Of a stretch of DNA of 64,000 nt, positions 29,517 to 39,394 are shown in pieces (the stretch's first letter is position 1; the number at the start of each line of letters is the position of its first letter). The notes below the pieces were generated by a model. That model did not search any database. It worked only from the letters and a program-made list of their open reading frames with translations, and was not told where the DNA came from. The stretch is from Candidatus Pacearchaeota archaeon UBA73 (GTDB lineage Archaea; Nanobdellota; Nanobdellia; Pacearchaeales; GW2011-AR1). The translations under genes and the position numbers were made by a program. The stretch is from positions 154,612-218,611 of the forward strand of contig DAIF01000004.1 of NCBI GenBank assembly GCA_002496015.1, in the 5' to 3' direction.

Positions 29517-32117
29517 ATGGCATACGACATAGTAATCGGCAGAAACGAATCAGATAAAGAAAAATTTGGCGAACGCGGTCTGGTCATGATAGGAAAGGGC
29601 TACGTAAAAATGGGAAATTACACTTCCCTATCCAACAAAATCTGGCTTGACGTCGCTCGTTCTCACGTCATCCTCGTCGCGGGGAAGAGAGGTTCTGGGA
29701 AATGCCTCCACGGAGATACTAGGATTACTCTCAACGACGGCACGCAGGTCCCGATAAAAGACTTAGAAAAGAACAAAGAAAAAGTTCTATCCCTAAACGA
29801 AGAACTAAAAATTCAGGCATCTGAAAAATCGGATTTCTTTTCAAGGAAAGTAAAACGCCTGCTCAAAATAAAATTAAGAAGCGGCAAAGAAATAAAGCTC
29901 ACCCCTGAGCACCCGCTTTTCACAATACGCGGCTGGACACCGGCTTCCAAACTTTCCCTCGGAGAAAGAATAGCGACGCCCCGTTTCGTTCCTGCGTTCG
30001 GCTCAACTTCTCTTCCTGAGCACGAGATAAAACTATTAGCTTATCTTCTTGCAGAAGGACACACGAAAGCAATTACACTGTTCTCAAATGCTGATGGAGA
30101 AATTGTAGAAGACTTTCGTGAAGCGCTGCGCAACTTCGATCCTTCGCTAAAATTAGTAAAAGAAGCGGAAGCTCATTACCGAATATCTTCGCCAAACTGG
30201 AAAACCCGAGTCATTTCATGTTCAAATCGCCGAAACAACAAAGGTCAATTCACTAGCCAAAACAAAAATGTTTACGAAAAGAGATCAATCAGGCAACTTA
30301 TCGAAAGGGAGGAAATGTTTGGTCTTCTCTCGACTCAGAAGTATCTCTCAAACAGTCTTCTCTCGCTTAACAAAAATTCCCTGTCGCTTCTCCTAAACCG
30401 ACTCTTCAGTTGCGACGGCAGCATCTACAAAGTGAACGGCTGCTGGGAAACTTCTTATTCTTCATCTTCTCCGAAATTAATCCGCCAGATGCAAACCGTC
30501 CTCCTTCGTTTTGGGATTCTTTCAAAATTAAGAACAAAAAAAATTAAACACTTTACCTCTTACGAGTTAGTTGTTAACGCAGAAAATACGCTCAAGTTCA
30601 TCAGCCAGATAGGTTTCTTCGGAGAAAAAAGAAAAAAACAGGAACTTGCAAAAAAAGAGATTTCCGAAAAATTAAGAAACCCAAACATAGATACAATTCC
30701 AAAAGAAATTTGGGAATTCTACAAACCGAAAAACTGGGCGGAAATAGGAAGAGCCTGCGGATATAAGCATCCTAAAGCGATGAGGGAACGAATCTATTAC
30801 GCGCCTTCAAGACAGACTCTTCTGAAAATCTCCGAAGTCGAGCAGCATCTGGGACTAAGGCTCTTAGCAGAATCAGACATATTCTGGGACGAGATAATTT
30901 CAATGGAATTTCTAGATGGCGAATTCACGGTATACGATATTTCAGTTCCGGGAAACCACAACTTCATTGCAAACGATATAATTGTGCACAACAGCTATTC
31001 ACTAGGCGCAATCGCCGAAGAGCTTTCTAGTCTCCCCCCGGAAGCCGCAAAAAACATCGCTCCGATAATCTTCGACACAATGGGAATTTTCTGGACAATG
31101 AAATACAAAAATGAAAAAGACAAAGCCCTTCTGGATAAATGGGGCTTAAAAACAAAAAATCTCCCTGTAAAAGTTTTTGTCCCGTTTGGAAAAGAACGTG
31201 AGTACACAGAAAAAAACATTCCTTTCGACAAAACTTTCGCTCTTAAGGCATCCGAACTAAATGCAGAAGACTGGATAACAATGTTCAACCTTCGGATGAC
31301 TTCTCTCGAAGGCGTTCTTCTCTCCCGCATAATCTCCAGGCTCCAGGGGGGCAGAAGTTCATTTACCATTGCCGATATTCAATCCGAGATACACTCCGAC
31401 CGCGAATCAAACAAAGATACAAAAGAAATTGTCTCTGCTTTGTTCTCTGCCGCAACAACTTGGGGAATTTTCTCTACCACAAAAGAAGGAACCGAAATAT
31501 CTGATTTGGTCAATGCCGGAACTACAACAATCTTGGACGTTTCGATTTACTCTTCCGTCGGCGCATTCAATGTCCGCGCTTTAGTTATTTCATTAATCTC
31601 AAGAAAACTTTTCAACACAAGAGCGGACGCAAGAAAAAAAGAAGAACTTGAAGCATTGCAACATGGGCAGGATTACTTAGCTTACAAAACAACAAGAAAA
31701 GAACCTCTTATCTGGATTTTTATTGACGAAGCTCACGAATTTCTTCCAAGAGATGACAAAACTCCTGCCACCGACGCCTTAGTTCAAATCCTTAGAGAGG
31801 GAAGACAACCCGGAATTTCCCTCGTCCTAGCGACCCAGCAGCCCGGCCAAATTCATAAAGACGTGATGACTCAATCAGACATCGTAATAGCCCACCGCCT
31901 CACCGCCCAGCCCGACATCGAAGCCCTAAACCAAATTATGCAGACTTATCTTCTGGCAAACATCAAACAGCAAATCGACGACCTCCCGCGCGAAACCGGC
32001 GCCGCAATAATCCTCGACGACAACTCAGAAAGAATCTATCCTATTAGAATGCGCCCGCGTTTCACATGGCACGGCGGCGAAGCCCCGACCGCAGTCAAAG
32101 CTGATTTGAAACTCTAA
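29517..32117 (+). CDS. HerA/DUF87-family P-loop ATPase containing an intein
   Basis: GKRGSGK|S Walker A split by intein, IFDTMG, FIDEAH Walker B, REGRQPG, ATQQP. Confidence 0.9.
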   Translation: MAYDIVIGRNESDKEKFGERGLVMIGKGYVKMGNYTSLSNKIWLDVARSHVILVAGKRGSGKCLHGDTRITLNDGTQVPIKDLEKNKEKVLSLNEELKIQASEKSDFFSRKVKRLLKIKLRSGKEIKLTPEHPLFTIRGWTPASKLSLGERIATPRFVPAFGSTSLPEHEIKLLAYLLAEGHTKAITLFSNADGEIVEDFREALRNFDPSLKLVKEAEAHYRISSPNWKTRVISCSNRRNNKGQFTSQNKNVYEKRSIRQLIEREEMFGLLSTQKYLSNSLLSLNKNSLSLLLNRLFSCDGSIYKVNGCWETSYSSSSPKLIRQMQTVLLRFGILSKLRTKKIKHFTSYELVVNAENTLKFISQIGFFGEKRKKQELAKKEISEKLRNPNIDTIPKEIWEFYKPKNWAEIGRACGYKHPKAMRERIYYAPSRQTLLKISEVEQHLGLRLLAESDIFWDEIISMEFLDGEFTVYDISVPGNHNFIANDIIVHNSYSLGAIAEELSSLPPEAAKNIAPIIFDTMGIFWTMKYKNEKDKALLDKWGLKTKNLPVKVFVPFGKEREYTEKNIPFDKTFALKASELNAEDWITMFNLRMTSLEGVLLSRIISRLQGGRSSFTIADIQSEIHSDRESNKDTKEIVSALFSAATTWGIFSTTKEGTEISDLVNAGTTTILDVSIYSSVGAFNVRALVISLISRKLFNTRADARKKEELEALQHGQDYLAYKTTRKEPLIWIFIDEAHEFLPRDDKTPATDALVQILREGRQPGISLVLATQQPGQIHKDVMTQSDIVIAHRLTAQPDIEALNQIMQTYLLANIKQQIDDLPRETGAAIILDDNSERIYPIRMRPRFTWHGGEAPTAVKADLKL
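29703..30992 (+). mobile_element. 430-aa intein with LAGLIDADG homing endonuclease
   Basis: starts CLHGDT, block B LTPEHP, LAYLLAEG and LNRLFSCDGS motifs, ends VYDISV...IIVHN|S. Confidence 0.95.
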
Positions 32118-32157
32118 AATTAGAAAGGTTTAAAAGAAAACTTAAAGAAAAACTTCT

Positions 32158-32418
32158 ATGAGAGAATACACAGAAACTGAACTTGAAAAACGCGACTATG
32201 AAAAAGTTAGGCTCGCAGATGGAACTTATCTCGGGAGAGATTACGAGAAGGGTGTACAAATATTGTTCAAAAGAGTTAAAGATCAAGACGCCTATTTTCC
32301 ACATGGTGCACGAGATATTAATGGTAGGATTTATGGAGAATGTTCGGGAATAGAAGAACTGACTGAGGATTTAGAGGAATTGGAAGAATTAGAATCAGTA
32401 TTAAATGGAGAAAATTAG
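32158..32418 (+). CDS. hypothetical acidic protein
   Basis: 86-aa ORF after a TATA-like element. Confidence 0.55.
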   Translation: MREYTETELEKRDYEKVRLADGTYLGRDYEKGVQILFKRVKDQDAYFPHGARDINGRIYGECSGIEELTEDLEELEELESVLNGEN

Positions 32419-32424
32419 AGTATA

Positions 32425-33309
32425 ATGGTAGGAATTTTATTAGGAATAGGCCAGGCAATCGGCTCGTTGTTCGGTGTCGAACCCAAACCTATCGATGAAA
32501 AGTGGGAAGAACAGATAAATAAGATATTAGCAGAAGAAAGAGAGAAAATAAGGCCTTCGAGGGAAGACATCGATACATTTAGCTGGATTACAGGAGATAA
32601 TAACCCCATTCATCGACTTCCTAAAAGGGCACAAGAGCTTGGTTTCTCCGACATACCATTAATGGGGGCGCACGTTGCCGCGTATGGTGAGCAGTTTATC
32701 GAACGAGTTGTAGAGCGTATGAGAAACTACTGGGGCGCAGACATCAAGATTACTGGTCAAGATAGCCGATTCAAAAGTGCATTGCATCCTGGAGAGAAAA
32801 CCCTCTGGCAAGTCACTGGTTACAAACAAAACAACGGCATCGAACTAAATGTTACAGGTTCAACAAAAGACCGAAAAATTATTGACATTACTTCTCGACT
32901 TGGCGTTGAGTATCCTCATATGCCTCAAATTGCCGGACCAATACCAAACTCTTCCAGAAGATTTTTACTCGATCAAAATCATCTGGAAGAATTTTATGAT
33001 TGTGTCGGTGCAAAAAACACCGGGCAAGTGCCCCACATGCTTCCTGCCGCCTATGTCCCTGCAACCCTCTTGAGACTGCTGGAAGAAAGAACACAGTCAA
33101 TGGAAGGAGCAAACTTATCTATGAAATATGACTTTCTGGCACGCGCCAAAACCGGAACTCTTCAGGTAGATATTTTTCCTCCAAGAGAACCTTCCGAGAG
33201 AAAGGGAAAATTCATATACAAATTTAGGACAGTCGTCAGTCAGGATACATGCCCGATAACTTACGGAGAAATAGTTAGTTCAACGCGCCAAAGAATTCCG
33301 ATTAACTAA
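32425..33309 (+). CDS. MaoC-like hotdog-fold dehydratase (probably double hotdog)
   Basis: DIDTFSWITGDNNPIH and RFKSALHPGE motifs. Confidence 0.75.
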   Translation: MVGILLGIGQAIGSLFGVEPKPIDEKWEEQINKILAEEREKIRPSREDIDTFSWITGDNNPIHRLPKRAQELGFSDIPLMGAHVAAYGEQFIERVVERMRNYWGADIKITGQDSRFKSALHPGEKTLWQVTGYKQNNGIELNVTGSTKDRKIIDITSRLGVEYPHMPQIAGPIPNSSRRFLLDQNHLEEFYDCVGAKNTGQVPHMLPAAYVPATLLRLLEERTQSMEGANLSMKYDFLARAKTGTLQVDIFPPREPSERKGKFIYKFRTVVSQDTCPITYGEIVSSTRQRIPIN

Positions 33310-34066
33310 CTTTCAAATCAACTCTAAACCGATATTTCTTCGTCCCAATCTCCCCCGCTTTCTTAACTCTCAAAATTTTTATTCTGCGCCCAGCCCGCAA
33401 AGCCTCCCCTTGCACCATCGAAATCATCTCTTCTCTCTCGTCAAGAGGATGAAACCCGTAATAATGAATAACTCCTCCCTTCCGGACAGCCCCAAAACCC
33501 AAGTCAAGGAAGCTATCGCGCAAATTCGGTCTCGCCATAACAACCCTGTCAAACTTCCCCAGCAAAGGTACTTTCCGCCGGACATCTCCCTGCACAATTT
33601 CAACATTCGTCAATTTGTTCCTCTTCACATTCTCCAATGCATATTTCGAACACTCCCGCCCCAACTCAACAGAAACAATCCGCGCAGCACGCGAATGTTT
33701 TCCAATTACAATCGCAAACGGCGCAACTCCCCCAAACATAACTAAAACGTTCTCGCCTTTCTTCACCATCTTCGCGACCTCAAGTCTTTCAGCAGCAAGT
33801 CGCGGCGAAAAATAACAACTATCAACATTCAATCTAAACACACACCCATTCTCTTTGTACAACGCCTCTTTCGTCTTCTCTCCCGCAAGCCACCGAGTCG
33901 CCTGCGTCCTCAACCTCCCAGAGAACTTATTTGCCTTTTCCAAAACCGTCCGAACCGCCTTATGCTCTTTCAAAAACTTCTCTGCATATTTCTTCTTTTC
34001 CTTCAATTTGTCCTCGCGTGCAAACTTCACAATCGCAACATTCCCGACAACGTCATAATTAGCCAT
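33302..34066 (-). CDS. Trm5/TYW2-family SAM-dependent tRNA-modifying transferase
   Basis: YDVVGNVAI, YKENGCVFRLNV..CYFSPRL..ER, MFGGVAPF. Confidence 0.88.
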   Translation of the reverse strand: MANYDVVGNVAIVKFAREDKLKEKKKYAEKFLKEHKAVRTVLEKANKFSGRLRTQATRWLAGEKTKEALYKENGCVFRLNVDSCYFSPRLAAERLEVAKMVKKGENVLVMFGGVAPFAIVIGKHSRAARIVSVELGRECSKYALENVKRNKLTNVEIVQGDVRRKVPLLGKFDRVVMARPNLRDSFLDLGFGAVRKGGVIHYYGFHPLDEREEMISMVQGEALRAGRRIKILRVKKAGEIGTKKYRFRVDLKVS

Positions 34067-34280
34067 ATCGCTTCCAGTAAATTAATCTTTAAAAATCCGT
34101 CGAACGCAGACGTTCCGAGGCAAATCTGCCGTCCTCGAGCCACACGTGAGTAAAGGCATATACGCTGGACGATGCGGTGACAGACCTTCGCTGCGCAACA
34201 GAAATTGAAAAAAAGATTATAGGATAGAACAAGAAAACATTTAAATACAAAATCTTCCTGTCTTTAACATCAAAGAGACT

Positions 34281-34532
34281 ATGGTGATACGAAAAACTCT
34301 CGGTTACGTTCTTGCAGGCCTCGGACTCGTGGGTGTTGCCGCTTGGTCAATACCCCAAGTCAAATCAGCAATTCCCCAATTAGATCTGGTCAGCGATATG
34401 ATTCTTATTTCTGTTTCAGTAATCCTTGCTTTAGTAGGTATTTTTCTGGTTGTCCGATTGGGCGGCTCTCGTCAAGCCCGCGAAGTCCCAATCTACCACG
34501 GCAAAAACATCGTTGGCTACCGAAGGCGTTAA
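34281..34532 (+). CDS. small 2-TM membrane protein
   Basis: two TMs and the C-terminus EVPIYHGKNIVGYRRR. Confidence 0.75.
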   Translation: MVIRKTLGYVLAGLGLVGVAAWSIPQVKSAIPQLDLVSDMILISVSVILALVGIFLVVRLGGSRQAREVPIYHGKNIVGYRRR

Positions 34533-34870
34533 TCAAAGCCAGTTGCTCCAAAATTCCGAAGAATTTTCTTAATTTCTTCAATAGTTTTCTGTTGATCTTT
34601 TTTATGAGACATTCTTACAAACCTTATAAGTAAATCTGTAAGCATTGCTCCATCCATAACTCTTAACACATTTCCGTCAGTAATAAAATAAAAGCGAAAA
34701 GACTCATATTTTAATTCTTTTATCACGATCCCTCCAACCTGTCCAAGCAATTTTCCTTTCTTGGGATTCTCTTCTAAGGTTTCTAATAAATCAATAATCT
34801 TGTGTGCCTCGCCCTTAAATTTTTTCTCAATTTCTAAAAACAAAGAATTAGCTATTTCGACCTTGGCCAT
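34529..34870 (-). CDS. RelE/ParE-like toxin
   Basis: LEENPKKGK..., IKELKY, FRFYF, KKDQQ tail; coupled to the upstream antitoxin. Confidence 0.7.
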   Translation of the reverse strand: MAKVEIANSLFLEIEKKFKGEAHKIIDLLETLEENPKKGKLLGQVGGIVIKELKYESFRFYFITDGNVLRVMDGAMLTDLLIRFVRMSHKKDQQKTIEEIKKILRNFGATGFD

Positions 34871-35064
34871 TTTTTCTCAAGCTCTTTTCTTGCCTCTTCA
34901 ATAGGAATAAATCCCTCAGCATTCATGAGAAACTCCCGAAGCTGTTCTTTAACTGCCAAAGCATAAATCCGATTAAGAATATCATCGTAACTTTCTCCCT
35001 TCTGACCGAAAGACGCTATCTTCTCTTTCAGCTCTTTGCTTAATTGTATCGTTGTTATTTCCAT
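34852..35064 (-). CDS. RHH-like antitoxin
   Basis: MEITTIQLSKELKEKI...ESYDDIL...FIPIEEA; overlaps the toxin start. Confidence 0.7.
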   Translation of the reverse strand: MEITTIQLSKELKEKIASFGQKGESYDDILNRIYALAVKEQLREFLMNAEGFIPIEEARKELEKKWPRSK

Positions 35065-35120
35065 TCTATAGTCACCATAGAAACCATAGTATTTAATCAT
35101 TTCGATTTCAATTGCTATAG

Positions 35121-35153
35121 GGCAAAAACATCATCGGTTACAGACGACGCTAA
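35121..35153 (+). repeat. diverged duplicate of the last 11 codons of gene 34281-34532 (partner 34500-34532)
   Basis: GGC AAA AAC ATC ATC GGT TAC AGA CGA CGC TAA (GKNIIGYRRR*) vs GGC AAA AAC ATC GTT GGC TAC CGA AGG CGT TAA (GKNIVGYRRR*). Confidence 0.85.
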
Positions 35154-35194
35154 CTACAAGAAAGTATTAAATAAACAATTATTCTTAGATAATC

Positions 35195-35572
35195 ATGGAA
35201 AATGTATCTGATAAACTGTTGAAGGAAATCAATAAAGACAAACAGGTTATGGCCGTGCTTTTGTTCGGTTCTTTGGCGAGAGGCGAGAAAAATAAAGATA
35301 TCGATATCTGTCTTGTTCTGGATAAAAAATATTCTCCTCTTCAAATGTCAAGAAAAAAACTAAAATATTCTTCACTCGTGAAGTCTGACTACGACATACA
35401 GATTTTTCAGCAGCTCCCTCTTTTCATAAGAAAAAGAATAATTGGAGAAGGAAAAATAATCTACTGCGCAGATGATGATGCGTTATATGAAGTGGTCTTC
35501 TCAACCATCAAAGAATTCGATCTTTATGAGAAAGTTTACAATCTTTATTTAGATGGTATCAAAAATGGATGA
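35195..35572 (+). CDS. minimal nucleotidyltransferase (MNT) antitoxin
   Basis: LFGSLARG...DIDICL. Confidence 0.9.
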   Translation: MENVSDKLLKEINKDKQVMAVLLFGSLARGEKNKDIDICLVLDKKYSPLQMSRKKLKYSSLVKSDYDIQIFQQLPLFIRKRIIGEGKIIYCADDDALYEVVFSTIKEFDLYEKVYNLYLDGIKNG

Positions 35573-35981
35573 AAAAAGAATTCTCTCAAAACTTGACGAA
35601 CTGAATAGTTACTTAGAAGAACTGGAAAGCATAAAACCGGCAGAATTCGAAGAATATGCGTCTTCGGTTAAAGAGAGGAGAGCGTGCGAACGTCTCCTGC
35701 AAATTTCAATAGAAACAGTTATAGATGTCTGTAATATGCTCGTATCTCAATTAAAAATCGGGCTTCCTGCGGATGAAGACGAAGTTTTTGAGAAACTAGA
35801 AGAAAAAAGGGTAATATCCCAAGGTATTTCATTAACTCTTAAGGAAATGAAAGGTTTTCGTAACGTCCTTGTGCACAAATATGCAAAAATTGACGACGAA
35901 TTAGTATTCGAAAATCTTGACAAACTTTCTGATTTTGAAAGATTCAAGGAAGAAATACTCTTATTTTTAAGAAAAAGCTGA
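35565..35981 (+). CDS. HEPN (DUF86) RNase toxin
   Basis: ERLLQISIE and GFRNVLVHKY (RX4H). Confidence 0.9.
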   Translation: MDEKRILSKLDELNSYLEELESIKPAEFEEYASSVKERRACERLLQISIETVIDVCNMLVSQLKIGLPADEDEVFEKLEEKRVISQGISLTLKEMKGFRNVLVHKYAKIDDELVFENLDKLSDFERFKEEILLFLRKS

Positions 35982-36028
35982 ATTTCTCTCCCAATTAACA
36001 ACTCTAAATCATCAGAAACGATAGCCGG

Positions 36029-36790
36029 CTATAATCTCCTCTCCAGCCCCCTTATCTCACCGTCAATCTCATCAGCCCTCCTCGCGTCTCCAGCCATCAG
36101 TGCAAGGTCCCTGCGATGTCTTAACTCATTTATTCTATCTTTTATATGGCCCGCATCTGCTCTTTGTCTTTCAATACTTCTAAAATAGGCATGTACCGAT
36201 TTATCTCCCGCCATTACAATTATTGTTCCAATCAATGTAGCAACATAGATGTAATTAGAGGTAATGCTTAACTCATTATATCTTGACATCCAAAGGAAAA
36301 AGAAAACTATTCCAAAGAAAATCCAGGTTATTTTTCTTCCAAACGGACCTAACTGTGAATCATGAATAAAGAAGAAGAAAAGCAAAAAAGGCAGGATTGT
36401 AGTCAGGGCAACACCCAATGCTCCATAAGGCAATAAAATGCCTGCAATTAATCCTTCTTCCGAGATAAACCTCACTGCAAATATGGATATGATTAGGGAA
36501 ATAACCAGAGCAACCCCTTTCTGATTTTTGAAAACGTGTATTCTCTTAACAACAGAATCAATAATTACAAACAACAAGATTGAAAGAAGAATTTTAGTAA
36601 ATAGGAATTCCGTGGTAGGACCCTTACCAGTATCAAAAAGCGCAGTAAATATCGGAATGAATATATCTTGTATTGCCTGAATTGCTGTTCTGATGAACTC
36701 GCCCGGCGCAGGCAAAGCCTGAGCGCTGACAAATTGACTTGCAAAAGTAATTGCCAGCAAAAAAAACATACCCTCTTTAAATAATTTCAT
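36029..36790 (-). CDS. polytopic membrane protein (family member 1 of 4)
   Basis: signal peptide VSAQ, 5-6 TMs, charged C-terminal helix. Confidence 0.75.
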   Translation of the reverse strand: MKLFKEGMFFLLAITFASQFVSAQALPAPGEFIRTAIQAIQDIFIPIFTALFDTGKGPTTEFLFTKILLSILLFVIIDSVVKRIHVFKNQKGVALVISLIISIFAVRFISEEGLIAGILLPYGALGVALTTILPFLLFFFFIHDSQLGPFGRKITWIFFGIVFFFLWMSRYNELSITSNYIYVATLIGTIIVMAGDKSVHAYFRSIERQRADAGHIKDRINELRHRRDLALMAGDARRADEIDGEIRGLERRL

Positions 36791-36864
36791 ATTATCGCAA
36801 AGATTGTTAACTTTAAAAATATTCCCAACAAAACATTTATATCAATACATCGCTACTGTTACGC

Positions 36865-37473
36865 ATGAAGAAAGAAGTGATACTCATCCTGCTACTTATT
36901 TTAGTCCCGTCTGTTTTTGCGGAAAATTCCAGTAATCTTCAAAGCAATCTAAACAACCTGACATCTCTCAATATTTCTAATGAAGCAAACAAGGCGCTTG
37001 CGACCGAAGTCAAAATTCCCGATAACATCAAACCGATCGCAAGGATTTTATTTGGCATTAAAGAAGACATGCCTTTTTCTAAATTTGTGGTTTATCTAAT
37101 GATATGGCTGATCATATTCCTCATAATTTTTCAGACGGTAAAAATAATGCCTTTTTTCAGGCAGGGCCCGATTAAATTTATTGCGGCATTGGCAATTTCA
37201 ATTCTTGCTGGAAATCTCGGAGGCATTGAGGCAGTTGTAAATCTTTATTATGACCTCAGTATTGCAAAGTTTATAGACGCCGCCTCTCCCGGAGCATTTG
37301 TGCTTATAGTAATCGTACTGATTACTCTCTACTTTTTGATAAGTAAGATAGTATCAAAGATTGCAATCAGTCTGGAAAAAGGAAATATAGATAGCTCTGC
37401 GACTGAGGCAGGAACAGGGTATAGGGTGCTTAGAATAATTTCAAATACATTCATGAAAAAAAACAAGGATTAA
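36865..37473 (+). CDS. polytopic membrane protein (family member 2 of 4)
   Basis: signal peptide, 3 TMs with the shared F..F...I...K.MPFF...IAALAIS pattern. Confidence 0.7.
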   Translation: MKKEVILILLLILVPSVFAENSSNLQSNLNNLTSLNISNEANKALATEVKIPDNIKPIARILFGIKEDMPFSKFVVYLMIWLIIFLIIFQTVKIMPFFRQGPIKFIAALAISILAGNLGGIEAVVNLYYDLSIAKFIDAASPGAFVLIVIVLITLYFLISKIVSKIAISLEKGNIDSSATEAGTGYRVLRIISNTFMKKNKD

Positions 37474-38141
37474 GGATTACTCTGCGAAGCATCTCGCAGC
37501 TCGTTCACAACAGTATTCAACGCCTGTCTGTCCCGCGTCGCCTGCTCTTCTGCTTTCTTCTTTTTGTTAGCCTCTATAATCTTTCCAAAATATCTCAGGA
37601 ATATTGTGTAAGCCCCTATTCCTGCAAAAATAACTGCGAGTGAAATAACTTTCCACCACCATTCAAATTTATAGAAATAAACTCTGATGAGTAGATTTGA
37701 AACAGCATTGAATAATTGTAATTGCGCTAAGATAACGGTCCCACCAAACGCCGCCAAATATCTCATCCACATCTCTCTCAAAAAAACAAAGAACCTTGGT
37801 AGCATAGAGAAGGTGGCAAGCCACATCAACACCGCAAAAAAAAGAGCAAGAGATAACTCATAGTTGCGCCCGAACAAAAACAAAAACGCCCAATTCAGAT
37901 TTTTGAAAAAAGAATCTGCGGCAGAGATATATCTGTTTTGCAGAAGTAATTCCTGCCATTCTTTACTGAGATAATCCAATCTGTCTTTATCTGTAAAATT
38001 CTGCAATTGCTGAACGCCTTTGACAACGTTATCGTTTTGGATGGTTTCTTGGTCTAAACCCGGCGGTGTTTGCGCCAATACAAAACAAACCTGTGAAAAA
38101 ATCAGAACTGCCGAAAGAAATATGATTATTCTTTGTTTCAT
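37470..38141 (-). CDS. polytopic membrane protein (family member 3 of 4)
   Basis: signal peptide VLAQ, LFG motif, 3 TMs, basic tail. Confidence 0.7.
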   Translation of the reverse strand: MKQRIIIFLSAVLIFSQVCFVLAQTPPGLDQETIQNDNVVKGVQQLQNFTDKDRLDYLSKEWQELLLQNRYISAADSFFKNLNWAFLFLFGRNYELSLALFFAVLMWLATFSMLPRFFVFLREMWMRYLAAFGGTVILAQLQLFNAVSNLLIRVYFYKFEWWWKVISLAVIFAGIGAYTIFLRYFGKIIEANKKKKAEEQATRDRQALNTVVNELRDASQSNP

Positions 38142-38176
38142 AAGACATAAAATGTTTTCAGATTTAAAAAAGTATC

Positions 38177-38920
38177 TTATTGCGCAGAATTTCCAGTTCT
38201 TCTTGCAGTCATTTCTGCAGCATCCGCCAAATTTCTCTCCCTTTCAGCAGCTAATTCTGAAGTTTCGGTAGTTCCTTCAATAATGTTTTCTCGTTTTCCT
38301 TTTCTGATCCGCTTACCTATAGCTTTAGCAAAAATAATTACAAATAACGCGCAGCCTAACAAGAACCAATAACCTGGTCTGATCCAACTTACTGCCCCCC
38401 CTGCACCAGATAAACCAATGATTCTTATGAATAGGAATACTCCAAATATTATCCAAACACCTCTTAATAGCCAAAGTCTAACCCACTCATTCCGAATATT
38501 CGGGCTGTCGTATAAGTCATAGGAAAAGAAAATTAATATCAAAAATGGCAAAATCGCTCCTAATGTGAATCCCAATGCAGAATAGGTGCTGATCAAGACC
38601 AATAGTTCGGTGCTATTCAAATAAATAGAACCAAAATAGGCTACAATTATTGCAATAACCCATCTTGCCCAATTCAATTCTTGCTTATTCATTCCAGGAA
38701 TTTTATCAGTGACAGCATAGACTAATACCGCAATTATCACCGCAAACAAAAACCTTGAAAAGCCATCTCCGAATCCTTCTCCAGAAGAAAAGGCTCTTTG
38801 TATCGTTCCAAACGGGTCGTCAAGAAATCCTTGCGCACTAACAATCTCAATAAAACTAATCAGACTTATAGAAAACAAAAGTCCCACAATAAAAAGTCCA
38901 ATCAACTTCTTTTTTTGCAT
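38177..38920 (-). CDS. polytopic membrane protein (family member 4 of 4)
   Basis: VSAQ; YSALGFTLGAILPFLILIFF matches YGALGVALTTILPFLLFFFF of 36029-36790. Confidence 0.75.
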   Translation of the reverse strand: MQKKKLIGLFIVGLLFSISLISFIEIVSAQGFLDDPFGTIQRAFSSGEGFGDGFSRFLFAVIIAVLVYAVTDKIPGMNKQELNWARWVIAIIVAYFGSIYLNSTELLVLISTYSALGFTLGAILPFLILIFFSYDLYDSPNIRNEWVRLWLLRGVWIIFGVFLFIRIIGLSGAGGAVSWIRPGYWFLLGCALFVIIFAKAIGKRIRKGKRENIIEGTTETSELAAERERNLADAAEMTARRTGNSAQ

Positions 38921-39024
38921 ACCCTACATAAATTCGGGATATATTTAAACTTTTCTTTATTCAGCTGGAAGTTTCCTTGCCTTTCTCGCTCTTCTTCACA
39001 TTTCCTTCCATCCCCAGCCCCGAC

Positions 39025-39252
39025 TCACTTCTTCCCGGAATGTTTATTCAGAAATTCCTCAATCTCATTAACAATAACTTCAAAATCTTTTAACCCTTCT
39101 TTAATGTCTCTGTAAGCTTTAGCGTCATCAACATCGTCGTATTTGTGCACAAGGTAATTTCTGAATTTTTTCATCTCTCTAATTATCCTTATCGCCTCAG
39201 CATCTAAAATGTTACTTTTATCAAATAATAATATACCCTTTATGCTTACCAA
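39025..39252 (-). pseudogene. C-terminal fragment of a HEPN (DUF86) toxin
   Basis: MKKFRNYLVHKYDDVDD motif; N-terminal half and MNT partner absent. Confidence 0.75.
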
Positions 39253-39394
39253 TAACTAACCCTACCCACAAAACCACCTAACAAAAGTTCCCCTCACTAA
39301 CGCACCCAAAAAAATCTCACCCAAAATATCTCTGCTCAACCCGCAAGAAAACACAAACCCAAAAACTTATAACTTCCTTCGGCTAATTCAATCA

